A DNA stretch of 61,140 nt from Eubacteriales bacterium (lineage in GTDB: Bacteria > Bacillota > Clostridia > Oscillospirales > CAG-272). The notes under the pieces are model-generated. The model ran no database searches, was not told the DNA's origin, and saw only the letters and a list, made by a program, of their open reading frames with translations. Within the stretch, counting starts at the first letter, position 1, and each line of letters opens with the position of its first letter. Location: positions 1 through 61,140 of the forward strand of contig JAZNHE010000019.1 in assembly GCA_045576795.1 (NCBI GenBank). Reading direction: 5' to 3'. This document shows, one piece after another, positions 37,279-47,137 of the stretch. A program made the position numbers and the translations under genes.

Positions 37279-38952
37279 TCAGAATAATCCGGTTATTCTG
37301 CCGTTATCATCAACGTCAATCTTCTCTGCCGCAGGCACCTTTGGAAGTCCGGGCATCGTCATAATATCACCCGTCAGAACAACTATAAATCCTGCTCCGC
37401 TGGATATCTTAACTGACTTTACCGTTACCGTAAAATCCTCGGGCGCGCCGAGCTTGGTTGCATCATCCGAGAAGGAATACTGCGTCTTTGCAATACATAT
37501 CGGGAGTCTGTCATATCCGAGTGACGTGAGTGCATCAATCTGCTTCTTCGCTTGGGGAAGAACGGTTATTCCGTTTCCTCCGTACACCTTCTTAACCACA
37601 GAGGATATTTTATCCTCGATTGTACCGTCAAGCTCATATGAGAAGGTGAAATCTCCCTTCTCCTCATTGCAGAGCCTTACTACTTCGCGTGCCAGCTCCT
37701 CACCGCCACGTCCACCGTCCGCCCATACGGTAGAGAGTACAACGTTAACTCCGAGAGCGCGGCATTTTTTAATAATGAAATCAATCTCGGCATCGGTATC
37801 CGTCGGGAATCTGTTAATCGCAACAACAGCGGGAAGCTTGTATACATTCTTAATGTTCGATAAGTGGCGCAGTAAGTTAGGTATACCGCCCTCAAGTGCA
37901 TCAAGGTTTTCTTCACCGAGAGCAGTCTTTGGCAATCCTCCGTGCATCTTTAACGCTCTAACGGTAGCCACTATAACAACCGCAGATGGTACAAGTCCTG
38001 CAATGCGGCACTTAATATCAAGAAACTTTTCAGCACCCAGATCCGCTCCGAAGCCTGCCTCCGTTACAGCGTAATCAGCCATCTTCATAGCGGTACGTGT
38101 AGCGATAACAGAGTTACAGCCGTGGGCAATATTGGCAAATGGGCCGCCGTGTACAAACGCGGGTGTGCCCTCAAGAGTCTGAACGAGATTAGGCTTCAAG
38201 GCATCCTTGAGCAATGCCGTCATCGCGCCTTCTGCCTTAAGATCTCCGGCAGTAACGGGGCGGTCGTCATAGGTATATCCGACCGTGATCCGTGCAAGTC
38301 TTGCCTTAAGGTCACTTATGCAGCTTGCAAGACACAGCACCGCCATAATTTCCGATGCTACGGTGATGTCATACCCATCCTCACGCGGCACACCGTTAAC
38401 CTTGCCGCCAAGACCGTCTGTAACAAATCTGAGCTGACGGTCGTTCATATCAACGCATCTCTTCCAGGTTATCTTACGCGGATCAATACCGAGCGCGTTA
38501 CCCTGGTATATATGGTTATCAAGCATAGCCGCGAGCAAATTGTTGGCAGCTCCTATTGCGTGAAAATCGCCTGTGAAGTGCAGATTTATATCCTCCATGG
38601 GAATAACCTGCGCCCAGCCGCCTCCTGCCGCGCCGCCTTTAACACCGAATACAGGGCCAAGCGATGGCTCTCTCAGTGCAACTGCAACACTCTCACCTAT
38701 TCTGCGGAGTCCGTCTGCGAGTCCTATCGTCGTCGTGGTTTTCCCCTCACCTGCGGGAGTTGGCGTAATTGCCGTGACGAGTATCAGCTTACCGTCCGAG
38801 TCATTTGCCTTGTCCTTAAGAAGAGATAAATCAATTTTAGCCTTATCGTTACCGTAAAGCTCTATATACTTTTCGTCAATTCCAACCGCTTTTGCAACAT
38901 CGAGAATGTGCCTCGGCTTTACTGACTGAGCAATTTCAATATCGGTCATCAT
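37279..38952 (-). CDS. fhs: Formate--tetrahydrofolate ligase
   Basis: [15 protein letters not shown]-loop, 557 aa from ATG at 38952 (SD GGAGGTG). The ORF-track start at 39030 adds 26 implausible residues. Confidence 0.92.
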   Translation of the reverse strand: MMTDIEIAQSVKPRHILDVAKAVGIDEKYIELYGNDKAKIDLSLLKDKANDSDGKLILVTAITPTPAGEGKTTTTIGLADGLRRIGESVAVALREPSLGPVFGVKGGAAGGGWAQVIPMEDINLHFTGDFHAIGAANNLLAAMLDNHIYQGNALGIDPRKITWKRCVDMNDRQLRFVTDGLGGKVNGVPREDGYDITVASEIMAVLCLASCISDLKARLARITVGYTYDDRPVTAGDLKAEGAMTALLKDALKPNLVQTLEGTPAFVHGGPFANIAHGCNSVIATRTAMKMADYAVTEAGFGADLGAEKFLDIKCRIAGLVPSAVVIVATVRALKMHGGLPKTALGEENLDALEGGIPNLLRHLSNIKNVYKLPAVVAINRFPTDTDAEIDFIIKKCRALGVNVVLSTVWADGGRGGEELAREVVRLCNEEKGDFTFSYELDGTIEDKISSVVKKVYGGNGITVLPQAKKQIDALTSLGYDRLPICIAKTQYSFSDDATKLGAPEDFTVTVKSVKISSGAGFIVVLTGDIMTMPGLPKVPAAEKIDVDDNGRITGLF

Positions 38953-39001
38953 CACATAACACCTCCATTTTAGCTTTAATATATCTTTCACTGTAACATA
39001 A

Positions 39002-39030
39002 ATTATATAACATATTGCATAAAAAGTCAA
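39002..39030 (-). promoter_or_regulatory. sigma70-type promoter of fhs
   Basis: rc strand reads TTGACT (39030-39025), 17 nt, TATAAT (39007-39002). This leaves only a ~45-nt leader, so there is no room for a riboswitch. Confidence 0.6.
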
Positions 39031-39142
39031 TCAAATTAACAAAAAAAGGACTCGGTGTAAGCAGTGGCAACCGCCCCTCTTAAAACAGCACATAAACTTT
39101 TCAAAAACGCCAAAAAAGTTTATAAAAAAACACAAAAAAGAC

Positions 39143-39171
39143 TTGACAAAAAACTAAAAAGGTTATATAAT
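39143..39171 (+). promoter_or_regulatory. sigma70-type promoter of yceD-rpmF
   Basis: TTGACA (39143-39148), 17 nt, TATAAT (39166-39171). Confidence 0.65.
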
Positions 39172-39241
39172 ATGGTGTACGACTATGGGACAAAGTAGCC
39201 TAAACTACCCCCATTTGTCAAAAACACACAGGGAGGATACG

Positions 39242-39793
39242 GTGAAGCTTGACTTAAGACCTTTGTTGGCAGGCAATGAACTGCTGACATTTGATTACGA
39301 GTTACCACTTGATATTGATCCCGAAGATACCTCAAGCTTTCTTTACGGCGTTAGTTTTCCTTCTCCCATGAAGGTTAAGGGGGAGATTACCAACACCTCG
39401 GGTTATATGACCATGACAATCAACGTATCGGTCGACTACCAAGCCGCATGCGCCAGATGTCTTGATGAAGTTACCGGGTGCTTTTCCTTAGACCTTGAGA
39501 AAACCGTCGCAACAAAAAAGCAAGCAGAGAATCTTGAAGAAAAGATAGTAGACGACTACTGCATAATCACTGACGGATTTCTCGATATAGACGAGCCCCT
39601 CAGAGAGCAGATAGAGATCGAATTCCCGTTCAGAATACTTTGCAAGGAAGATTGCAAGGGCCTGTGCGGAAAATGCGGCAAGAATCTTAACCACGGTGAT
39701 TGCAACTGTGTCAAGAAAGAAATTGACCCACGCTTAGCACCACTGCAGAAGATACTTGAGCAGATGAAAAAAGAAGAAAATAATAATAAATAA
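39242..39793 (+). CDS. yceD: YceD/DUF177 family protein (large-subunit rRNA accumulation protein)
   Basis: Conserved position upstream of rpmF. C-terminal CKEDCKGLCGKCGKNLNHGDCNC cluster. A GTG start at 39242 after GGGAGGA is preferred over the SD-less ATG at 39185. Confidence 0.8.
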   Translation: MKLDLRPLLAGNELLTFDYELPLDIDPEDTSSFLYGVSFPSPMKVKGEITNTSGYMTMTINVSVDYQAACARCLDEVTGCFSLDLEKTVATKKQAENLEEKIVDDYCIITDGFLDIDEPLREQIEIEFPFRILCKEDCKGLCGKCGKNLNHGDCNCVKKEIDPRLAPLQKILEQMKKEENNNK

Positions 39794-39841
39794 TATACCG
39801 AGAATGCGTGTGTCGCATACTCATACAGGAGGTAATCAACA

Positions 39842-40036
39842 ATGGCAGTTCCTAAAAGAAAAACTTCTCATGCAAGAAAGATGAAGAGAAGATCCAGCGT
39901 TTGGAAGCTTGACACTCCTACCAACCTTGTTAAGTGCCCCAACTGCGGCGAGTACAATCTTGCTTATCGCGTATGCAAGGCTTGCGGTCAGTACAAGGGT
40001 GAGCAGGTTGTAATCAAGGAAGAAGCTGCAAACTAA
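39842..40036 (+). CDS. rpmF: 50S ribosomal protein L32
   Basis: [19 protein letters not shown]-terminus and zinc ribbon CPNCGE...CKACG. Confidence 0.93.
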   Translation: MAVPKRKTSHARKMKRRSSVWKLDTPTNLVKCPNCGEYNLAYRVCKACGQYKGEQVVIKEEAAN

Positions 40037-40061
40037 TTAAAATAGCCGATATCGGCATACA

Positions 40062-40101
40062 AAAGAGAGCTAACCGACAGTGTTAGCTCTCTTTTGTTTT
40101 T
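40062..40101 (+). terminator. Rho-independent terminator after rpmF
   Basis: 13-bp stem AAAGAGAGCTAAC / GTTAGCTCTCTTT, followed by TGTTTTT. Confidence 0.75.
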
Positions 40102-40108
40102 GTATTTA

Positions 40109-40243
40109 ATTAAAGTGGGATTAATCTTTAAGTTAAAATCCGATTAATTCTTGTATCAAACTAAAATCTGATTAATCCTTGTATAAAACCAAAATAGGAT
40201 TAACTTTTCTATTAAGCAAAACTAAAAATTAATCTTTGGATTT
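40109..40243. repeat. 4-5 degenerate ~28-bp direct repeats with core AAAATnnGATTAAT(C/T)
   Basis: Cores GGGATTAATC, CCGATTAATT, CTGATTAATC, AGGATTAACT and AAATTAATC at roughly 28-nt spacing. The last copy overlaps the serC stop. Confidence 0.7.
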
Positions 40244-41322
40244 GCGCTCTCAAATTTATCCATAAAGCTTACAAGCTCCTCTACACCCTCATACGGCATA
40301 GAGTTGTATAACGATGCAAGCATTCCTCCTGCATTACTCTCTCCGCGAAGATTTATAAGACCTGCCTCCTCTGCTTCCCTGAGGAACTTTTCATCAAGTT
40401 CGGAGTCACCAATGAAGAACTTGATATTGGTAATTGAACGGCAGTGGCTATCTACGGGTGTCGTATAATACGACGTTCCGTCAAGGAAGTCATAGAGTCT
40501 GCTTGCCTTGCGCTCATTTCTTCTCTTCAATTCATCAAGACCGCCGATAGACTCTATCCAATCCAGCATAAGCTTTGTCATATAAATACTGAACACGGGT
40601 GGCGTGTTAAGTCTGGATACATTGTCCACGAGCAGCTTGTAGTTAAGCAGTGAGGGTGTCGAGGGATCCACTCTGCGCAGCAAGTCATCACGCACTATTA
40701 CAACCGTAAGACCTGCTATACCAAAGTTGGTCTGCGCGGACGCAAAAATAAGACCGAACTTTGACACGTTGACGGGCTCCGAGAGGAGAAATCCTGTCAT
40801 ATCCGCAACAAGCGGAATATTACCTGTATCGGGCACGTAATTAAACTTTGTTCCGCACACGGGGTTGGTGTAGCACATATAAACGTAATCGGCATCGGGA
40901 CGGAAGCTATTCTTTGCCGTTTCCGGAATTGTGTGATAAACAGGGCCTGCGCCTCCTGATGATGCGGCAACAACTATATCTCCGTACTTCTTTGCCTCAA
41001 AATATGCGTTACGGGAGCGTGGTCCGGTAATGATATAATCCGCACACTTTCTGTCAGATAGCAGGTTCAAGGGCACTGCGGAATACTGCATCGTAGAGCC
41101 ACCCTGCAAGAATAATACCTTATAGTTGTTTGGTATTTCAAGGAGCTTGCGGAGTGTCTTCTCACAAGAGGTGATAAGCTCGTCAAGCTCAGGGGCATCC
41201 TTTGGCAGCTCCATAACCGACATTCCGGTGCCATTGTAGTCAAGAAGCTCTGCCTTCGCCTTATTAAGCACCTCAATTGGCAGCATAGACGGTCCCGAAG
41301 CGAAATTATATACTCTTTTCAT
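40222..41322 (-). CDS. serC: Phosphoserine aminotransferase
   Basis: MKRVYNFASGPSMLP N-terminus, class-V aminotransferase layout. ATG at 41322 has SD AAAGGA. Confidence 0.88.
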   Translation of the reverse strand: MKRVYNFASGPSMLPIEVLNKAKAELLDYNGTGMSVMELPKDAPELDELITSCEKTLRKLLEIPNNYKVLFLQGGSTMQYSAVPLNLLSDRKCADYIITGPRSRNAYFEAKKYGDIVVAASSGGAGPVYHTIPETAKNSFRPDADYVYMCYTNPVCGTKFNYVPDTGNIPLVADMTGFLLSEPVNVSKFGLIFASAQTNFGIAGLTVVIVRDDLLRRVDPSTPSLLNYKLLVDNVSRLNTPPVFSIYMTKLMLDWIESIGGLDELKRRNERKASRLYDFLDGTSYYTTPVDSHCRSITNIKFFIGDSELDEKFLREAEEAGLINLRGESNAGGMLASLYNSMPYEGVEELVSFMDKFESANPKINF

Positions 41323-41421
41323 ATAATATCCTTTCATCACGGAATAAAAACATTTTATAGAGGATGTTACTTACATTATTTTATCATATTTTATATAATA
41401 ATGCAACCGTTTTTTTGAGTT

Positions 41422-42165
41422 TTATATCTCGAGCATAACGGGACAGTGGTCGCTCCCCATGATATCCGTCAGAATGTCAGCTGACTTAACTCTTCCCACA
41501 ATATCATCAGATACAAGAAAATAGTCTATGCGCCAGCCCGTGTTGTTTTCTCGAGCCTTAAACCTATAAGACCACCAGGAATATTTAACGAGGTCGGGGT
41601 GCATATATCTGAACGTATCGGTAAAGCCGGCGCCGAACAATTCGCCAAGCTTGCCTCTCTCCTCGTATGAATAACCCGGATTGCCTATATTACTCTTTGC
41701 ATTCTTAATGTCTATTTCGCAAAATGCGACGTTGAGGTCTCCGCAGTACACAACGCTCTTGCTCTTGGCAAGGGCGGTGAGATACTCTCTCATATCATCC
41801 TCGAATTGCATACGGTAGTCTATCCTTTTGAGGCCGTCCTGCGCATTCGGTACGTAGGCGGCTACCAAATAAAAATCACCGTATTCAAGAGTTATTACTC
41901 TACCCTCGTCAATATGCTTGCCATCTATACCGTAGGCTACGGATAACGGCTCGTGCTTTGTAAATACAGCCGTGCCGGAATATCCCTTCTTATCTGCGCT
42001 GAACCAATAGGAATAATACCCCTCGGGAGCAAAGTCAGCCTGTCCCGGCTGCATTTTAGTTTCCTGCAAGCAGAAAAAGTCCGCATCAAGCTCATCAAAA
42101 ACATCGGCAAAGCCCTTTCCGAGCACCGCTCTGAAGCCGTTTACATTCCAGGATATGAATTTCAT
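41422..42165 (-). CDS. xth: Exodeoxyribonuclease III
   Basis: Motifs SWNVNG, LQETK, GSDHCPV. ATG at 42165 has SD GAGGTG. Confidence 0.9.
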   Translation of the reverse strand: MKFISWNVNGFRAVLGKGFADVFDELDADFFCLQETKMQPGQADFAPEGYYSYWFSADKKGYSGTAVFTKHEPLSVAYGIDGKHIDEGRVITLEYGDFYLVAAYVPNAQDGLKRIDYRMQFEDDMREYLTALAKSKSVVYCGDLNVAFCEIDIKNAKSNIGNPGYSYEERGKLGELFGAGFTDTFRYMHPDLVKYSWWSYRFKARENNTGWRIDYFLVSDDIVGRVKSADILTDIMGSDHCPVMLEI

Positions 42166-42290
42166 AAACACCTCATATACATATAGTTTTATATTATTTT
42201 AGCATATTTCTCGACATTTTTCAATAGATGCTGGACTTTTGCGGCATAATGTGATAAAATAAATTCAAATAATTTTATCCGGAGATAAGT

Positions 42291-42974
42291 GTGAAAATAA
42301 TTGCTAAAATATATACCGAATTTGACGAGAAATTCGGTATTCCGCGACAGAGCGGAATAGTTAATGAAACGATAGGCAGGATAGTCTTTGAGCCGGAATA
42401 CAGAAATCCCGAGGCATTGCGCGGAATTGACGGATACTCACATCTGTGGCTGATATGGCAATTCTCCGAGAGCGTGCGCGAGGACTGGTCACCTACGGTA
42501 AGACCTCCAAGACTCGGAGGCAACAAGAGAATGGGAGTTTTTGCCACCCGCTCACCTTATAGACCTAACCCCATAGCACTCTCCTCCGTACGTCTGCTTG
42601 AAGTCAGAAAAACGGATAACGAGGGCACGTGCCTCATAGTATGCGGCGCTGATATTCTTTCGGGAACACCGATATACGACATCAAGCCATATCTCCCCTA
42701 CACCGACAGTCACCCCGAGGCAAAGGGCGGATTTTCCGACGAGGTGCTTGATTACAGTATTGAGGTTGAATATGCCGACGGAGTAAGAGAGAAGCTCACT
42801 GAAGATGAGATGAATAAGCTCACCAAGGTCCTAGCCCACGACCCAAGACCGTCGTATAAGAGTGAGGATTGCCGCTCGTACGGAATGAGATTTAACGGCA
42901 AGGAAGTGAGCTTTAAGTATGAAAATTGTAAACTTATAGTTACAAATATCGAACAACTCTCCCTCGCAACCTAA
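42291..42974 (+). CDS. trmO: tRNA (t6A37-N6)-methyltransferase TrmO (TsaA/YaeB family)
   Basis: GIPRQSG, FATRSPYRPNPI and DGTPIYDIKPY motifs. GTG start after GGAGA. Confidence 0.85.
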   Translation: MKIIAKIYTEFDEKFGIPRQSGIVNETIGRIVFEPEYRNPEALRGIDGYSHLWLIWQFSESVREDWSPTVRPPRLGGNKRMGVFATRSPYRPNPIALSSVRLLEVRKTDNEGTCLIVCGADILSGTPIYDIKPYLPYTDSHPEAKGGFSDEVLDYSIEVEYADGVREKLTEDEMNKLTKVLAHDPRPSYKSEDCRSYGMRFNGKEVSFKYENCKLIVTNIEQLSLAT

Positions 42975-43066
42975 AGTTGCACGGAAAATGTGAAAAATGT
43001 AAACGTAAATGTATAGACTTTACTACGCTTTAATAGTAATATATCCTTACAGAAAGGCGGTATATC

Positions 43067-43795
43067 ATGCAAAAGAATAATTTGAAGGATAATTTATACA
43101 AATTAAGACAGCAGCACGGTCTGTCACAAGAAGAATTTGCAGAGAAGATAGGTGTGTCCCGTCAGGCGGTATCAAAGTGGGAACGCGGTGAAGCTTATCC
43201 CGATACGGAAAATCTGATAGTAATTGCCGAGACCTACAACGTATCCGTGGATGAGCTCATTGATTTGAAAAAAGATCGAGGCATTGACACGGATACCGAC
43301 AAGGATAAATCAGACGATCTCGAAAATAGCTCTCGGTCGCCTACATCCGTCAACATCTCATTCGGTTTTGGCTGTGATGACGATGATGACGATGACGATG
43401 ACGACGATGATGACGATGATGATGACAACGGCGGCACCTCGCAAGGCAATCGCCGTACATATCGCATCTTTGCATCTCTGCCTTACCCCATAGTGATAAC
43501 GCTTGTATATCTCCTCATCGGATTTTTGCACGGCGGTTGGGCCTGGGGCTGGACTCTCTACGTAACAGTCCCCGTATATTACTCACTTATAAGAGCGATA
43601 CGCAAGAGAAGACTCTCCTCGTTTGACGTTTCAAGTCTGTGCGCATTTGTTTTTTTACTCCTTGGTATGCTGAGGGGATATTGGCACCCCGGTTGGCTTA
43701 TTTTCCTGTTTATTCCGATATATTATTCAATTGCCGATGCGATCGATAAGTTGAAAAAGAAAAAAACGACAACGCTGATAGTTGATGACGACTAA
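43067..43795 (+). CDS. Membrane-anchored XRE-family HTH regulator with poly-Asp linker
   Basis: N-terminal LSQEEFAEKIGVSRQAVSKWERGEAYPD HTH. A run of 17 consecutive Asp codons (43376-43426, hand-counted), then four Trp/Gly-rich TM helices. Confidence 0.82.
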   Translation: MQKNNLKDNLYKLRQQHGLSQEEFAEKIGVSRQAVSKWERGEAYPDTENLIVIAETYNVSVDELIDLKKDRGIDTDTDKDKSDDLENSSRSPTSVNISFGFGCDDDDDDDDDDDDDDDDDNGGTSQGNRRTYRIFASLPYPIVITLVYLLIGFLHGGWAWGWTLYVTVPVYYSLIRAIRKRRLSSFDVSSLCAFVFLLLGMLRGYWHPGWLIFLFIPIYYSIADAIDKLKKKKTTTLIVDDD

Positions 43796-43802
43796 CCATT
43801 TA

Positions 43803-43891
43803 GGCATAACCGAATAAAGATTAACTATAAAACCGAATACAAAAATAAAAATACCGAGGTATTGCTTTTACAGTACCTCGGTTATTTTTTT
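43803..43891 (+). terminator. Intrinsic terminator embedded in a repeated intergenic element (copy A)
   Basis: Stem ACCGAGGTA / TACCTCGGT followed by TATTTTTTT. The flanking GGCATAACCGAATAAA is shared with the copy at 48214-48270 on the opposite strand. Confidence 0.7.
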
Positions 43892-43990
43892 AATATATGT
43901 AAGGAGCATTAAGTCATTTAAGAAGCATATGGCGAAAAACTGTGAATTCTTCATTCGTGCATTGCTTCTCAATAATGAAGCTCCTTGTAT

Positions 43991-44590
43991 TTAATTATTT
44001 GTATCTATATGGGGCATATAAGCCTTAAGATAGTCGAGTCCGGAAAACAGAGTCGTAAACGCCATGATAGCCATAGCCACGTATGAGAGAATGTGATTCT
44101 CCGAGAAATACGGAATCATAGGCTCGAGCAATATAATAATTGTGCCTGCCATCTGAGAAACCGTCTTAATCTTTCCAAGCATGCTTGCAGCAACTACAAT
44201 TCCGCTCTTGCCCGCCACAACGAGTCTTAACGACGTGACACCAAGCTCGCGCAAAAGGATGATAAGCACAAGCCAAACAAAGACGAGCGCAAGTGTAACC
44301 TCTCCGCGCAAAAGCATCCAAACAAGTATAGCTATCATAGAACCTATGACCATAAACTTATCAGCCAAAGGATCTATAAACTTACCAAAATCCGTAACGA
44401 GATTATACTTTCTTGCTATTTTACCGTCGAGCATATCTGTAAATCCGGTTACAGCATATATGATTGCAGGGACTATACATCCCCATATCGGCATATCCCT
44501 CATAAAGAGGAGCGCAACTACAAACACCGGTACAAGTATCGCCCTTATCAGCGATAGAGTGTTTGGTAAATTCATTGTTTTTTTCTTCAT
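43991..44590 (-). CDS. pgsA: CDP-diacylglycerol--glycerol-3-phosphate 3-phosphatidyltransferase
   Basis: CDP-alcohol phosphatidyltransferase motif DGKIARKYNLVTDFGKFIDPLADK. Confidence 0.88.
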   Translation of the reverse strand: MKKKTMNLPNTLSLIRAILVPVFVVALLFMRDMPIWGCIVPAIIYAVTGFTDMLDGKIARKYNLVTDFGKFIDPLADKFMVIGSMIAILVWMLLRGEVTLALVFVWLVLIILLRELGVTSLRLVVAGKSGIVVAASMLGKIKTVSQMAGTIIILLEPMIPYFSENHILSYVAMAIMAFTTLFSGLDYLKAYMPHIDTNN

Positions 44591-44622
44591 AAAGCCTCCT
44601 TTTTCTACACGGGTATAGGCAA

Positions 44623-45951
44623 TCAGACAACCTCTTCACCTATAAGATCGTAGTCAAGAGATTCCGTTATGTGTATCTTGACAAAATCTCCGAAGGTGTA
44701 TTTACCCTTAGGAGCATTGAAATATACACTGCCGTCAACATCCGGTGCATCTGCCTCGGAGCGACCGTAGTATATTTCCGCCACCGTATCGTAGCCGTCT
44801 GTTATAACAGTGAGCTCCTGTCCTATCTTGGCGCTGTTAAGCTCCTCCGCCACAGTGAGCTGTGTCTGCATAAGAATATCATATCTGTCCTGCTTCACCT
44901 GCTCGTCTATCTGATCGGGCATAAGTGCCGCCTCTGTGTCCTCCTCGGGAGAAAACGTGAATGCACCAAAGCGGTCAAACCTCGTCTGCTTTACAAATTC
45001 GCACAGCTCTACGAAGTCCTCCTCGCTCTCACCGGGAAATCCTACCATCGCGGTCGTGCGCAGGGTGATGTCGTGGACACTCGCCCTCAATCTTCTTATG
45101 GCGTCAATTATGAGCTCCTTGCCGCCGTGTCTGTTCATACGCTTGAGAACGGTATCGGAAATGTGCTGAACAGGGATGTCCATATACTTAACAAGTCTTG
45201 GATTGGTTCGGAATTCCTCTATCAGCTCATCGGTAATCTTGTCGGGATAGCAGTAAAGGAGTCTTATCCACGGAATACTCGTCTTTGCCGTTATTTCCTT
45301 TACCAGCCTTGTAAGGCTGTACTCTCCGTAGATGTCAAGTCCATATCTTGTAGTATCCTGTGCTATGAGGTTAAGCTCCTTGACACCCGCTCTGTCAAGC
45401 TCCTGTGCCTCAAATACTATATCCTCTATTGTACGGCTCCTTAATTTACCACGGATAAGGGGTATCGCGCAATATGTACAGCGGTTGTCACAGCCCTCAG
45501 CTATCTTTAAGTACGCTGTATGCGGTGCGGTAGTAAGTATTCTTCCTCCCCCGAGAGGCGAGGTGTTCTTGTCACCGAATGACGTATATTTTTCACCGCG
45601 CATAACCGCACGACACGCCTCCGCTATATCCGCGAGGCTACCGACTCCTACGAGCGCCTCTACCTCGGGCATCTCGTTCATAACCTCCTCGCGATATCTT
45701 TCTACAAGACATCCCGTGGCAATTATATGCTTGCACTTGCCCCATTTTTTAAGCTCTGCGGCATCAAGAATATTGTCAATCGCCTCACGCTTTGCACTCT
45801 CTATAAATCCGCATGTATTGATTATTACAATCTCCGCCTCCTCGGGCTGAAAAGTAACCTCAAATCCCGCCTTGTGCAAATTATGAAGCATTACCTCGGT
45901 ATCTACCAAATTTTTAGAGCATCCGAGGGAGATAAAAGCAACCTTTGTCAT
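44623..45951 (-). CDS. rimO: Ribosomal protein S12 methylthiotransferase
   Basis: N-terminal SLGCSKN, radical-SAM CDNRCTYC, C-terminal TRAM domain. 442 aa. Confidence 0.9.
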   Translation of the reverse strand: MTKVAFISLGCSKNLVDTEVMLHNLHKAGFEVTFQPEEAEIVIINTCGFIESAKREAIDNILDAAELKKWGKCKHIIATGCLVERYREEVMNEMPEVEALVGVGSLADIAEACRAVMRGEKYTSFGDKNTSPLGGGRILTTAPHTAYLKIAEGCDNRCTYCAIPLIRGKLRSRTIEDIVFEAQELDRAGVKELNLIAQDTTRYGLDIYGEYSLTRLVKEITAKTSIPWIRLLYCYPDKITDELIEEFRTNPRLVKYMDIPVQHISDTVLKRMNRHGGKELIIDAIRRLRASVHDITLRTTAMVGFPGESEEDFVELCEFVKQTRFDRFGAFTFSPEEDTEAALMPDQIDEQVKQDRYDILMQTQLTVAEELNSAKIGQELTVITDGYDTVAEIYYGRSEADAPDVDGSVYFNAPKGKYTFGDFVKIHITESLDYDLIGEEVV

Positions 45952-45960
45952 AATTATCCT

Positions 45961-46506
45961 TTATTTCAGTAGTTTTTTAATTTTCGGGCGGATGCGCTCC
46001 TGATAAAACCTTATCATAACGAGAAGGAAGAAGTCATAAGCCACAAATGCAAGATTGAACAGCGCCCACGTGAGAAAATACATTGCCTTGCCCGTAACTC
46101 CGAAGAAGCTCTCGCTTGTGTCTATAAACGGCATACCCGTGATAAGACTTACACCGAGAAGCATAAGGAAAAAGGACAGATTGGCAAATAGAATTTTCAT
46201 AACCCACCAGATGCCTCTCGGCAATCTCTCGAAATACCCCTTGAGTATCGGGTATATTCCGAATAAAACGAGGTATATAAACCACATCGGGCTGTGTTGA
46301 TACAAAAGAAAGGTACAGAGTGTTGTGCAAATCCATACAAGCCAGGTGTACGGTGAGCCAAGCTCAATATACACAAACGCTATGAGTACCGATGCAAGTG
46401 CAACAGCTGTAATATCAAGCATCTCAATAAACGCTCCCAGCACCATAAATACTGTGCCAAGCGCGACTATCATTGCACTCATCGTAATCTTTTTGGTCTG
46501 CTTCAT
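45961..46506 (-). CDS. Small polytopic membrane protein, function unknown
   Basis: 181 aa with about 5 TM helices. Tightly packed after the J-domain gene (1-nt gap). Confidence 0.65.
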   Translation of the reverse strand: MKQTKKITMSAMIVALGTVFMVLGAFIEMLDITAVALASVLIAFVYIELGSPYTWLVWICTTLCTFLLYQHSPMWFIYLVLFGIYPILKGYFERLPRGIWWVMKILFANLSFFLMLLGVSLITGMPFIDTSESFFGVTGKAMYFLTWALFNLAFVAYDFFLLVMIRFYQERIRPKIKKLLK

Positions 46507-46507
46507 A

Positions 46508-47137
46508 TCAGATGCACCTTATACAGTCGCCGCCCATACACTCGCAAAGGCAGTCAAGACAAATCAGCTTTGTACAGCAATCACAAGCATCTACGGTTGA
46601 TGAGCGACGGTATTGGCGTGAGCCGTCACCGTAATAAGTGCTGCCATATCTTGAGCCCGCAGTGTTGAACATCTCCTTTGCTCTCTGATATTCAAGATTT
46701 GACGGATCCATCGTGCAGGCAAGCTCAAGCTCTCGCATAGCATCTGCGCTCTTGCCTCTCTGCATAAGACAGATTGAGTTAAGGAAATGCCAGTCAGCGG
46801 TGCGGTCGTAAGTTGATACGGTTTCAAGCAGCTTTTCCGCCTCGTGATATTTTCTCTCGTTTATCTTTTGACGTATAGTAACGTAAATGCCCTTTGCAGA
46901 CGAGGAATACTTGTACGAGTCACCCCCTGAGGAATGTCCCGATGAGGTGCGTCCCCTCTGTATCTCATCGTATGCGGCATTTATTTCCTGCATTTTCTCT
47001 TTAGCAAGATCCTTGAGCGGATTGTTATCATCAAAGTTGTCGGGATGATATTTTCTTGCAAGATTTCTGTATGCGTTCTTTACTTCTTCATCAGTCGCAT
47101 CTCGCGATACGCCGAGTATTGAATAAGGATCCTTCAT
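46508..47137 (-). CDS. J-domain protein with TPR-like middle and Cys-rich C-terminal tail
   Basis: DPYSILGV...KYHPD J-domain. The C-terminus CDCCTKLICLDCLCECMGGDCIRCI has 10 Cys in 25 aa. Confidence 0.85.
   Translation of the reverse strand: MKDPYSILGVSRDATDEEVKNAYRNLARKYHPDNFDDNNPLKDLAKEKMQEINAAYDEIQRGRTSSGHSSGGDSYKYSSSAKGIYVTIRQKINERKYHEAEKLLETVSTYDRTADWHFLNSICLMQRGKSADAMRELELACTMDPSNLEYQRAKEMFNTAGSRYGSTYYGDGSRQYRRSSTVDACDCCTKLICLDCLCECMGGDCIRCI

Noticed and set aside
38953-39030. N-terminal extensions suggested by the ORF track for fhs (to 39030), the ABC genes (to 53371 and 55403), serC (to 41340), rsuA (to 51245) and yceD (from 39185).
   Set aside because: The extensions run through AT-rich promoter sequence or the upstream gene and lack an SD. 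In each case an internal start with a good SD gives the canonical family N-terminus.
38953-39140. ZTP or THF riboswitch upstream of fhs; T-box upstream of aspS (18378-18448); SAM/other leader upstream of serC.
   Set aside because: A consensus promoter at 39002-39030 leaves only a ~45-nt fhs leader. I could not find the conserved ZTP (GGGTCGTGAC...CCGCCTGGGC) or THF cores. The aspS and serC upstream gaps (~70-100 nt) are too short for a T-box.
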